The notes under the pieces were generated by a model that was given only the letters and a program-made list of their open reading frames with translations, was not told the DNA's origin and searched no databases. The translations under genes were made by a program, and so were the position numbers. A stretch of DNA of 64,000 nt from Gemmatimonadota bacterium (GTDB taxonomy: Bacteria; Gemmatimonadota; Gemmatimonadetes; Gemmatimonadales; GWC2-71-9): positions 1 through 64,000 of the forward strand of contig JBDHKN010000013.1 in the NCBI GenBank assembly GCA_039586365.1, written 5' to 3'. Shown in pieces: positions 55,458 through 64,000 of the stretch. The first letter of the stretch is position 1; each line of letters opens with the position of its first letter.

Positions 55458-56666
55458 ATGACTAATCTCCGCTTGACGTTGCTCGGCATGTTCGTCCCTG
55501 CCCTCCTGCAGCCTGTTTCACTCCCTGCGCAAGATCCCGGTACTTCGTTTGCGCTCCGGGGAGCAAAGATCTACACGGCCGCCGGACCGCCAATCGAGAA
55601 TGGAATCGTGCTGGTCGAGGCTGGAAAGATCACCGGATTGGGCGCGGGGATCAGGATACCGAGTGGCCTCCCTGTGATCGATGTAGTCGGGAAAACCGTG
55701 ATTCCGGGGCTCATCGATGAGCACTCACATCTGGGTACCTACGATTTCGGGGATGCAAACGAGTTCACCGAAGCCATCGGTCCCGAGCACAGAGCCCTGG
55801 ATGCACTCCATATGGAGGTCAGGGACTGGTATGAAGCCATGAAAGGTGGAGTCACTACCATCGTCACGGGACCCGGAAGTGGTGAGCGGATGGGCGGTCA
55901 GTCGATTACGATCAAAACATTCGGTGACAATCTGGAACAGCGCATTCTGAAGGAAACCAGCGAACTGAAAATGGCGGTGAATGCGCGCAGCATGTCCCAT
56001 ATCCCCACGATCAGAAGCACGTTCCTCAAGGCCCAGGAGTACATGGCCAAATGGGACGAGTATGAGGCTGGAGACCATGAGGGGCCGGCGCCAACGAGAG
56101 ACTTGAGACTCGAGGCCATCGTCCCTGTGCTGAGGGGTGAAGAAAAGGTACGCTGCCATATTCACTACGCGAACGACATAATCTCGTTCCTGCAGCTGAA
56201 AGATGAGTTCGGATTCGACCTCACCTTCATTCATAGCTCCGAGGCGTACAAGGTTGCGGAGGAAATCGCCCAAAGGAACGTAGCGGTGATCACGCTCCCT
56301 CTGGCAACCCGGATAGGAGTCTCGGAAGACCTGCTTTTCGGCAACACGGAACTGTACGAAGCGGGTGTCAGAGTGAGTCTTCACACCGACCACCCGGTGG
56401 TACATCAGAAGCTGCTTCGCCTCAACGCCGCTCTGGCAATCAGATACGGCATGCCTGAGGAATACGCCCTCCGGGCAGTAACGATCAACCCGGCTATCAG
56501 CAGTCGGATCGACGACAGGGTCGGCAGTATTGAGGTCGGCAAGGATGCCGATCTAGTAGTCCTGGCTGGAGTGTGGTATGAGCCGAGCACACGCGTCGAC
56601 ATGGTTTTTGTCGACGGCGTCCGGGCTTACGACCGCTCAAATGAAGGCAGACGGGAGGAGAACTAG
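55458..56666 (+). CDS. Secreted metal-dependent amidohydrolase (metal site intact)
   Basis: PGLIDEHSHLG, LKMA, RCHIH, IHSSEAY, HTDHP, GSIEVGKDADLV. Confidence 0.88.
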   Translation: MTNLRLTLLGMFVPALLQPVSLPAQDPGTSFALRGAKIYTAAGPPIENGIVLVEAGKITGLGAGIRIPSGLPVIDVVGKTVIPGLIDEHSHLGTYDFGDANEFTEAIGPEHRALDALHMEVRDWYEAMKGGVTTIVTGPGSGERMGGQSITIKTFGDNLEQRILKETSELKMAVNARSMSHIPTIRSTFLKAQEYMAKWDEYEAGDHEGPAPTRDLRLEAIVPVLRGEEKVRCHIHYANDIISFLQLKDEFGFDLTFIHSSEAYKVAEEIAQRNVAVITLPLATRIGVSEDLLFGNTELYEAGVRVSLHTDHPVVHQKLLRLNAALAIRYGMPEEYALRAVTINPAISSRIDDRVGSIEVGKDADLVVLAGVWYEPSTRVDMVFVDGVRAYDRSNEGRREEN

Positions 56667-56667
56667 G

Positions 56668-57981
56668 ATGATGCGAAATACTCTGAGTACAATCGGTCGC
56701 CAAGCTGCTACCGCTGCATGTCTCCTGTGCCTAAACGCAGTCACTATTCGGGGTCAGCAGGTCACCGCGATTCGGGGTGGGACAGTGCTGACGATGGCGG
56801 GAGAGGCCATCGAGAACGGCACAGTCCTGATACGCGACGGAAAGGTCGTGGATGTAGGCAGCAACGTACGGGTACCTGGCAACGCGGAAATAATCGATGC
56901 GTCAGGCAAGTATGTCATGCCGGGCATCATCGACGCGATGACATACTACGGCATCCGGCCGTTCGAGCTCAACGACCAGTCGAGCCCCGTCACCCCTCAG
57001 AACCGGGCGATCCAGGCCTACTACCCGTACGGCGACTTCATGCGCGGTACCACGGGAGTCCAGATAGACAAGAACCTGATCAGTGGCGGCGTCACAACTG
57101 TATACATCGCTCCCGGAGACCGACAGGTCATCGGTGGGCAGGGCGCCGTGGTAAAAACCTGGGGTGACGATCTCACCAGCATGATCGTGCGCGAGCCTGC
57201 CGCAATGGACATGACCATCGGCGAAACGGCGAAACGAGAGGAACAGAATCCGACTACGCGCATGGGCATTGCCGCTCTGCTGCGAAAAACACTGCTCGAA
57301 ACACAGGAGTTCGCCCAGAAGATGGCTGACTTCGAGCGGAAGCAAGCCGAGGGGGGTGAGGAGGCTACTGCGCCGGCTAGAGATCTGGGGAAGGAGGCGT
57401 TGCTGAGATTGCTGGCGCACGAGCTTCCGGCACGCATTGAGGCCGACTATCTGGATGATGTCCGAACGGCCATCAGGATTGCCGAGGAGTTCGATTTCGA
57501 TCTGATTCTCGACAGCGGTCTCGGCGCCTACAAGATCAAGGACGTACTGGCGGAAAAGAACATCCCCGTCGTTCTCGGACCTCCCACACATCCGTTCGTG
57601 ACGGGTGGAGAGGTCAGTATGAACGCCGACCTGTACAACTTGATGAGCGAATACAACGCCGCCGAGCTGACTGAGGCAGGCGTAACAATCGCCATTGGAA
57701 GTTTCGGTTTCGGCTTTGGCTCTTTCGGCGGCGCAACCCAGGGACGCTGGCTGCTGGTCGAGGCGGCGTATGCGACGGGCTACGGATTGTCGGATGAAGA
57801 CGCGCTGAAAGCAATCACCATCAATGCGGCGGAGATCCTCGGTGTCGACGATCGGGTCGGAAGTCTGGAGATCGGAAAGGACGCGGACATAATAGTGCTC
57901 GACGGTTACCCGCTACACGTCAAGACGTGGGTGGAGCTGGTCATGATCAACGGCGCTGTGATTCACGAGAGGACAAGATAG
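56668..57981 (+). CDS. Secreted amidohydrolase-fold protein lacking metal ligands
   Basis: Same fold signatures (GKYVMPGIID, GGVTT, GSLEIGKDADI) but HxH reads AMTY. Confidence 0.85.
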   Translation: MMRNTLSTIGRQAATAACLLCLNAVTIRGQQVTAIRGGTVLTMAGEAIENGTVLIRDGKVVDVGSNVRVPGNAEIIDASGKYVMPGIIDAMTYYGIRPFELNDQSSPVTPQNRAIQAYYPYGDFMRGTTGVQIDKNLISGGVTTVYIAPGDRQVIGGQGAVVKTWGDDLTSMIVREPAAMDMTIGETAKREEQNPTTRMGIAALLRKTLLETQEFAQKMADFERKQAEGGEEATAPARDLGKEALLRLLAHELPARIEADYLDDVRTAIRIAEEFDFDLILDSGLGAYKIKDVLAEKNIPVVLGPPTHPFVTGGEVSMNADLYNLMSEYNAAELTEAGVTIAIGSFGFGFGSFGGATQGRWLLVEAAYATGYGLSDEDALKAITINAAEILGVDDRVGSLEIGKDADIIVLDGYPLHVKTWVELVMINGAVIHERTR

Positions 57982-58133
57982 GAGAGATTGTCTCAGTAAG
58001 AAGCCCGGAGAACGCAGCTCCGGCTTAGCGGCGAATCTGAGCCTCTCACTGCTACACAAGTGCCCCGATCTGTTGACCCGTTCCCGTGCGGGCCCAGTCC
58101 GCGGAGCTGCACCTTCCTGAAGGGAGATTGCCC

Positions 58134-59240
58134 ATGGGGTACGAGTTGAAGGAGCTGCGCTATCAGCAGGCGGCGCGCGATCCCCAGGCGATGCTGGAGA
58201 ATCTCGCCAAGGAACTGGAGCTGAAGATCTCGGTTGGAATTTGGTACTTCACACCCGGCGGCGGGAGATTCCACGACAGGTTCGTTCCCGAGGCGTCCAT
58301 CGCGCAGAGGATCGAGATGGCAGCCGATATGGCGCAGTTGGGGGTCACCGGCATCGAGGCCCACTATCCCGCCGAAGTGAATGAGTCCAATGCCCATCTC
58401 TACCGGACGCTAGAGGAGGAGGCGGGCATCCGGCTCGTCGCGGTGCCGTTGTCGCATTTCTTCGACCCCGCGTTTGAGTTCGGCAGCCTGTCGAACCCGG
58501 ACTCCGCGACCCGGGACCGGGCGATAGAGATCGCTGTAGGTGGTCTGCGTCTGATCCGTGAGCTCGGTGCCGACCTCGCCATATCCTGGCCGGGAATGGA
58601 TGGTTACCGCTATCTCCAGGGGAAGCCCTTCATGCACATGTGGGATCGCTTCGAATGTGCCTTGGCTGAGGCTATGGACGAGGTACCGGGAGTGAGAATC
58701 GCCATTGAGCCAAAGCCCTACGAGCCGGCGGCGAACAACATCTATCGAACCACGGCCGAGGGGATCCTCGCAGCCCAACGCGTCGAGCGCTGCCTGAAGC
58801 ACCCGGAGAACCGACGGCTCCTGCAAGAAGGCCAGACGCTCGTCGGGCTCAACCCCGAAGTCGGTCACGTGAAGATGGGTTACGAGATGCTGCCGGCGGC
58901 ATTCTCGCTCGTGGCGATGGAGGGACGGTTGGCACACACCCACTGGAACAGCCAGCCTGACGGTAACTACGACCAGGACAACAACGTCGGCGTTGTCAAC
59001 GCCCACGAGACGGAGGCCCTGCTGTACGCACTCTGGGCAATCGGGTACAAGGAGTATTTCGGCATTGACATCAATCCTGAGAACATGCCGGTCAAGAAAG
59101 CAGTCGAGCTCAACATTCGAGCCCTGGAAAAGATGAGGGAACGGGTGAGTCGCCTGCCGCATGAGCGAATCCTCGAGTGTCACCTCCATCCATCCGAACA
59201 CCGGGGAGAACTGGAGGAGATCCTGATCGAGAGTTGGTAG
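58134..59240 (+). CDS. Xylose isomerase-like TIM-barrel enzyme (divergent XylA)
   Basis: WPGMDG, IEPKPYEP, LNPEVGH, HWNSQ..GNYDQD, GIDINP; directly upstream of a xylulokinase. Confidence 0.8.
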   Translation: MGYELKELRYQQAARDPQAMLENLAKELELKISVGIWYFTPGGGRFHDRFVPEASIAQRIEMAADMAQLGVTGIEAHYPAEVNESNAHLYRTLEEEAGIRLVAVPLSHFFDPAFEFGSLSNPDSATRDRAIEIAVGGLRLIRELGADLAISWPGMDGYRYLQGKPFMHMWDRFECALAEAMDEVPGVRIAIEPKPYEPAANNIYRTTAEGILAAQRVERCLKHPENRRLLQEGQTLVGLNPEVGHVKMGYEMLPAAFSLVAMEGRLAHTHWNSQPDGNYDQDNNVGVVNAHETEALLYALWAIGYKEYFGIDINPENMPVKKAVELNIRALEKMRERVSRLPHERILECHLHPSEHRGELEEILIESW

Positions 59241-59250
59241 GGGCGCTGCA

Positions 59251-60828
59251 ATGGAAGGACTCTTCGCCGGTCTGGACGTCTCCACGCAGTCCTGCAAGCT
59301 CGTCGTCATCGATCCTGCTGCCTGCAGTGTCGTGCACGTCGACTCGGTGAGCTACGACGAGGAGTTGCCCAACTACGGCACCCGTGGTGGAGTGGTTCAG
59401 GGATTGGGGGAAGGGGTGTCCGAATCCGATCCCCGGATGTGGATTGAGGCCGTAGAACTGCTCTTGCTGCGGCTGCAGCAGGCGCCAGGCGTCGACCAGG
59501 CCCGAATCCGCTGCCTCTCCGTCTCGGGCCAGCAGCACGGGCTGGTCGGGCTGGACCGAGACGGTAACCTGGCGCGCCCTCGTGCCAAGCTGTGGAACGA
59601 CTTCGCGACAGCGGAGGAGTGTCGTCTCCTCACTGAAAAAGTGGGAGGTACCGAGCGGATGATCGAGCAGGTAGGCAACACCCAGAGGACCGGGTACACT
59701 GCCCCAAAGATCCTGCACATGCTGCGCCACGAACCGGACTGCTATGCTAGGGCGACGACGTTCTTCCTCGTCCACAACTACGTCAACTGGTACCTGACCG
59801 GAGGAGCGACGGGGGGAGTCGCTGTCATGGAACCCGGGGACACTTCGGGGATGGCCTTGTGGAGCCCGGTGACGCGCGACTGGTCGAGCCCTGTCATAGA
59901 CGCGATAGATCCAGGCCTCCTCGAGAAGCTGCCACCGGTCAAACCGTCTGACCGAACGATCGGAACGATCGCACCGGCACTGTCCGACGCGTGTGGTCTC
60001 TCCGGCGACTGCGCGATCGATGCCGGCAGCGGTGACAACATGTACGGTGCCATCGGAACCGGAAACTTTTCGCCCGGAATCGTCACGATCAGCCTGGGCA
60101 CCAGTGGAACCGCGTATACGTTCATGGACGGACCGTACGTGGATTCGACTGGCGCGATCGCCGCTTTCTGCGACAGCACCGGCCACTACCTGCCGCTCCT
60201 CTGTGTCTCCAACATGTCCAACGGCTACAACGCCGTCCTCGCACGGTTTGGGATGAGCCACGGGGACTTCGATGAGGCCATCGCTCGGACGAAGCCGGGC
60301 AACGGCGGAAAGCTGCTGATCCCCTGGTACGGGGGAGAACGGACACCCGATCTTCCACTCGCGGCTCCGCTCTATTTCGGGTTCGGCGTCGACGATTTCG
60401 GGATGGAAGTGCTGAGCCGCGCCGTACTCGAGGGGCACGTGCTGAACCTGTATGACGGTTTCCGCAGGTTGCCGGTGCGGCCGGAAGCGATCCACCTGAC
60501 GGGTGGGCTGTCTCGGTCGCCGTCCTGGTGCCAGATGATTGCGGATGTGTTCGAGGCCGTGACGGTTCCCGTGCAGGGGGAGGGAGCTGCGCTGGGCGCG
60601 GCGATTCATGCGGCGTGGGTGTGGCTGAAAGAACAGGGCAGGGCAGTCACGCTTGCGGACTTGGCCGAGCCGTTTGTTGTTCTCGACGAGACGAGACGGC
60701 AGTGGCCGATCCCGCGCAACGTAGAAGTCTACAGGATCCAGAAACGGCTGTTTCGAGCGGTGAGCGACCGAATCCGCGGGTTCGATTCGGAGGAAGACCC
60801 GTTTGAGTTGGTGGCGCAGAGGCCCTAA
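59251..60828 (+). CDS. xylB: Xylulokinase (FGGY family)
   Basis: GLDVSTQSCK, SGQQHGLV, AKLWND, GYTAPK, GSGDNM, SLGTSGT, GERTP, TGG, GAALGAA. Confidence 0.85.
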   Translation: MEGLFAGLDVSTQSCKLVVIDPAACSVVHVDSVSYDEELPNYGTRGGVVQGLGEGVSESDPRMWIEAVELLLLRLQQAPGVDQARIRCLSVSGQQHGLVGLDRDGNLARPRAKLWNDFATAEECRLLTEKVGGTERMIEQVGNTQRTGYTAPKILHMLRHEPDCYARATTFFLVHNYVNWYLTGGATGGVAVMEPGDTSGMALWSPVTRDWSSPVIDAIDPGLLEKLPPVKPSDRTIGTIAPALSDACGLSGDCAIDAGSGDNMYGAIGTGNFSPGIVTISLGTSGTAYTFMDGPYVDSTGAIAAFCDSTGHYLPLLCVSNMSNGYNAVLARFGMSHGDFDEAIARTKPGNGGKLLIPWYGGERTPDLPLAAPLYFGFGVDDFGMEVLSRAVLEGHVLNLYDGFRRLPVRPEAIHLTGGLSRSPSWCQMIADVFEAVTVPVQGEGAALGAAIHAAWVWLKEQGRAVTLADLAEPFVVLDETRRQWPIPRNVEVYRIQKRLFRAVSDRIRGFDSEEDPFELVAQRP

Positions 60829-60837
60829 GGGGGAATC

Positions 60838-63519
60838 ATGGTATTCAGGACAACTGGAATCGGGGTGCTGGCATTCCTCGCTAGCGCCGTGTTTGCCTGT
60901 ACACCGACAACGCCCGTTCCCATGAACCCAACCGAAACGACACCCCTGTACCGAGACCCAGATGCGCAGTTGGATGTCCGCGTGAATGACCTGGTCTCGC
61001 GAATGACACTCGAGGAGAAAGTATCCCAGTTGCTGTACGATGCTGCCGCAGTGGAGCGGCTGGGTATACCGGAATACAACTGGTGGAACGAGGCGTTACA
61101 CGGTGTCGCCAGAGCTGGCCGCGCTACAGTGTTCCCTCAAGCTATCGGGCTGGCGGCTACGTGGGACACAGGGCTGATGCTCAGAGTGGCGACTGCTATC
61201 TCGGACGAAGCACGTGCCAAGTATCACCGCTCGGTTCGACTTGGTAGGCGGGGCATCTACGAGGGGCTCACCTTCTGGTCGCCCAACATCAACATCTTTC
61301 GCGATCCGCGCTGGGGACGTGGCATGGAAACCTACGGGGAGGACCCGTACCTGACGGGGCAACTCGCCGTGCAGTTCGTGCGCGGGATGCAAGGTGACGA
61401 CCCCTACTACCTGAAGACGGTTGCCACGCCCAAGCACTATGCGGTGCACAGCGGGCCAGAACCGGACCGCCATACCTTCGACGCCGTGGTCAACGAGCGC
61501 GACCTGCGGGAGACCTATTTACCGGCGTTTCGGACCACCGTGGTGGACGCGAAGGCGCAATCGGTGATGTGCGCCTACAACCGGTTCCGCGGCGACCCCT
61601 GCTGTGGGAGTAACGAGCTGCTACAGCGGATTCTGAGAGACGAGTGGGAATTCGACGGCTATGTCGTCTCGGACTGCTGGGCAATCATGGACATCTATAA
61701 CACACACAAGGTCGTCGACACGCCAGCCGAGGCTGCTGCGCTGGCCGTCGCGAGCGGTACCGACCTCAACTGCGGCGTCACCTACGACAGCCTGGCCCGG
61801 GCAGTTGAGCAGGGTCTCATCGGCGAGGCACAGGTAGACGTCTCACTGAAACGTCTAATGCGAGCTCGCTTCAAGCTCGGGATGTTCGACCCGCCGGAGC
61901 GGGTGCCGTACACGAACATCCCCTATAGCGTGAACGAGTCGCGGCAACACAGAGACCTCGCTCTGGAGACCGCCCGCAAGTCCATCGTTCTATTGAAGAA
62001 CGAGGGCCTGCTTCCTTTGAGCAGGGACCTCGGCACCATTGCAGTCATCGGACCCAACGCCGCTGACGTGGACGTGCTGCTCGGGAACTACAACGGCATC
62101 CCATCCGACCCGATCACTCCGCTCGGGGGCATTCGCAGTTCCGTCTCGCCCGGCACGAGAGTGCTCTACGCCAGGGGAACCGATGTCGCCGAGAACATGC
62201 CTTCCTTCGAGGTCGTTCCCTCGAGCGCCTTGTTCGCCGATCACGAGGGACGGCAGGTGCCTGGTCTCACCGCTCAGTATTTCGGCAACCATGACCTCGC
62301 CGGCGAGCCGTTTGTGACTCGTGTCGATGAACTCGTCGATTTCACCTGGTGGGATGATGTGACCGTCGAGGGCATGCCGGCGGACAGCTTCAGCGTCCGT
62401 TGGACCGGTAAGATGGTGCCGCCGGTATCGGGCCGCTATGCGCTGGGTGTGCGCGTGTTCGGAGGGACTCGGCTGTTCGTCGACGACTCTCTGCTGGTCG
62501 AGTTCTCGGACCGCCATGTGGTGCTCCCGCAGTGGGCGGATGTGGAACTCGCGGCCGGTCGGGCGTACGACATTCGGGTCGAGTATTGGCCCCGCCGAGC
62601 CGATGCTATCGTGCAGCTAGTGTGGGCGCAGCCGGAGCCGCGCCTGCGGGAGGAGGCTCTGCGTGTGGCCGAGCAGGCCGACGCGATCGTGATGGTGATG
62701 GGGCTCTCACCGCGGCTCGAGGGTGAGGAGATGCGGGTGGAGGTGCCCGGTTTCGCAGGCGGTGACCGGGTGGACATTGGGCTGCCGGGTCCCCAGGAGG
62801 AACTCATCCAAGCAGTTAGCGCCCTCAGCAAGCCCGTCGTGCTCGTGCTACTCAACGGCAGCGCCGTCGCCGTCAACTGGGCCGCTGAGCATATCCCTGC
62901 CATCCTCGAGGTGTGGTACCCCGGCCAAGCGGCGGGTCCGGCGATCGCCGACGTCCTGTTCGGCGACTACAATCCGGCTGGCCGGCTTCCCGTCACGTTC
63001 TACAAGTCGGTGGAGCAACTGCCGCCGTTTACTGAGTATGACATGGAGGGGAGGACGTATCGCTACTTCGAGGGCGAGCCGCTGTTCCCATTCGGTCACG
63101 GACTGAGCTACACGACGTTCGCCTACAGCAGTTTGGAGCTGCCGTCCGAGGTCCGCGTTGGCGCAGATGTCCAGATCTCTGTCGCTGTCGAGAATACGGG
63201 CCCGATCGCAGGTGAGGAAGTGGTACAGCTCTACGTGACGGACGTCGCGGCATCGGTGCCGGTGGCGCGCCGATCGCTGCAAGGGTTCCAGCGCGTGTTC
63301 TTGCGGCCTGGCGAGCGGAAGTCCGTATCGTTCACCCTGACGCCGCGTCAGATCTCATTGATCGACGCCGAGTGGCAACGGGCGGTCGAGCCGGGCGTGT
63401 TTGAGATCAGCCTCGGCGGCAAGCAGCCGGGATTCAGCGGGTCAGCAGATGCTGCCACCACAGGAGTCGTGTCCAGCCGCTTCGAGGTAATCGGGCGGAA
63501 GCTGCCACTGGATCCGTAA
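60838..63519 (+). CDS. GH3 beta-xylosidase/glucosidase lipoprotein with PA14 and Fn3-like domains
   Basis: Lipobox VFAC; EALHGVA, WSPNINIFRDPRWGRGMETYGEDP, KHYAVHSGPE, VVSDCWA, PA14 FSVRWTG, LEGEE, FPFGHGLSYTTF. Confidence 0.93.
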   Translation: MVFRTTGIGVLAFLASAVFACTPTTPVPMNPTETTPLYRDPDAQLDVRVNDLVSRMTLEEKVSQLLYDAAAVERLGIPEYNWWNEALHGVARAGRATVFPQAIGLAATWDTGLMLRVATAISDEARAKYHRSVRLGRRGIYEGLTFWSPNINIFRDPRWGRGMETYGEDPYLTGQLAVQFVRGMQGDDPYYLKTVATPKHYAVHSGPEPDRHTFDAVVNERDLRETYLPAFRTTVVDAKAQSVMCAYNRFRGDPCCGSNELLQRILRDEWEFDGYVVSDCWAIMDIYNTHKVVDTPAEAAALAVASGTDLNCGVTYDSLARAVEQGLIGEAQVDVSLKRLMRARFKLGMFDPPERVPYTNIPYSVNESRQHRDLALETARKSIVLLKNEGLLPLSRDLGTIAVIGPNAADVDVLLGNYNGIPSDPITPLGGIRSSVSPGTRVLYARGTDVAENMPSFEVVPSSALFADHEGRQVPGLTAQYFGNHDLAGEPFVTRVDELVDFTWWDDVTVEGMPADSFSVRWTGKMVPPVSGRYALGVRVFGGTRLFVDDSLLVEFSDRHVVLPQWADVELAAGRAYDIRVEYWPRRADAIVQLVWAQPEPRLREEALRVAEQADAIVMVMGLSPRLEGEEMRVEVPGFAGGDRVDIGLPGPQEELIQAVSALSKPVVLVLLNGSAVAVNWAAEHIPAILEVWYPGQAAGPAIADVLFGDYNPAGRLPVTFYKSVEQLPPFTEYDMEGRTYRYFEGEPLFPFGHGLSYTTFAYSSLELPSEVRVGADVQISVAVENTGPIAGEEVVQLYVTDVAASVPVARRSLQGFQRVFLRPGERKSVSFTLTPRQISLIDAEWQRAVEPGVFEISLGGKQPGFSGSADAATTGVVSSRFEVIGRKLPLDP

Positions 63520-63563
63520 TCGCAGCGAGCCGGGCGACGCGCGCGACTCCATTCCGCACACCC

Positions 63564-63998
63564 TCAGCTATCGGAGGTGAACTCCGCCGCACCGCGCAGG
63601 GCACAGCCGTGTAGCGTTTCACCGGCGACCACCACTGTAACGCGGTACCCGAATAATGCTCCTGACATCGAGTCTCGACAGGGTCCCTCCGAGATCGTCA
63701 CCTCCACGGCGGTGGAGCCACTGGCCTCCCCCGTGTACGTTACACCGGACTCGGTGGGCACCGAGCGGATTTCGTTCCAGGCGCGGCTATCTTCACCCAT
63801 CCGAATCAGCTCAATCGCGGAACCTGTGAGCAGCAGCGTCCAGAAGGGCTCGTTGCCGGATGCGCGGTAGTGGAAGCTATCCAGGTCGAGGTCGCAGCCG
63901 AAACCCTCGCCTGCCGCATACAGCACCTTGTCGACCATAAAGCTGCCCGGGTAGTCCGCTCCAAAACCATCCGCGGGTGCGTCACCACCGTATCCCTG
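63564..63998 (-). CDS. Conserved hypothetical protein with GNEPFW motif (COG3650-like); 5' end outside window
   Basis: Frame is open to the window edge (..GFGADYPGSFMV..); RASGNEPFW, CRDSMSG, GCA. Confidence 0.7.
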   Translation of the reverse strand, partial: QGYGGDAPADGFGADYPGSFMVDKVLYAAGEGFGCDLDLDSFHYRASGNEPFWTLLLTGSAIELIRMGEDSRAWNEIRSVPTESGVTYTGEASGSTAVEVTISEGPCRDSMSGALFGYRVTVVVAGETLHGCALRGAAEFTSDS

Positions 63999-64000
63999 CA

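Noticed and set aside
55261..55461. 66-aa ORF overlapping the amidohydrolase start
   Set aside because: No RBS or recognisable motif; cannot support as coding.
32919..60609. Long antisense ORFs (e.g. 32919..34028, 35578..36945, 45861..47318, 59110..60609)
   Set aside because: Opposite well-supported genes, no recognisable motifs, and expected at high GC.

Overview
GC-rich, gene-dense catabolic region with no rRNA, tRNA, CRISPR array, integrase or transposase that I can recognise. SusC/SusD together with PadR-ADOP permease pairs and many Tat/lipoprotein hydrolases suggests a Gemmatimonadota- or Acidobacteriota-like organism (inference). From left to right: (1) a minus-strand SusC/SusD operon whose cargo is two paralogous GxSxG esterases and two M28 peptidases, with no glycosidase; (2) CocE/NonD hydrolase, two PadR-ADOP permease pairs, an S33-like hydrolase and an ankyrin/PD40 protein; (3) a divergent locus with two GH172 (DUF2961) enzymes, a sugar ABC transporter, an L-fucose/D-arabinose isomerase-like enzyme, an M19 dipeptidase and an atypical NagZ-like GH3. 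This is the best candidate for an undescribed system (D-arabinofuranoside or actinobacterial cell-wall scavenging), and a methyltransferase appears inserted into it between ~100-bp direct repeats; (4) aldo/keto reductase, cfa and a DPP11-like S46 peptidase; (5) an anaerobic sulfatase maturase divergent from three Tat sulfatases and a PhoD-like protein; (6) rsmD, a third permease, an active/inactive amidohydrolase pair and a xylA-like/xylB/GH3 xylose operon. Non-coding features include a 27-bp tandem repeat ending in a hairpin, an 11-copy heptamer repeat, a 147-bp palindrome and a candidate PadR operator. All family calls come from motif recognition only; no database searches were run.
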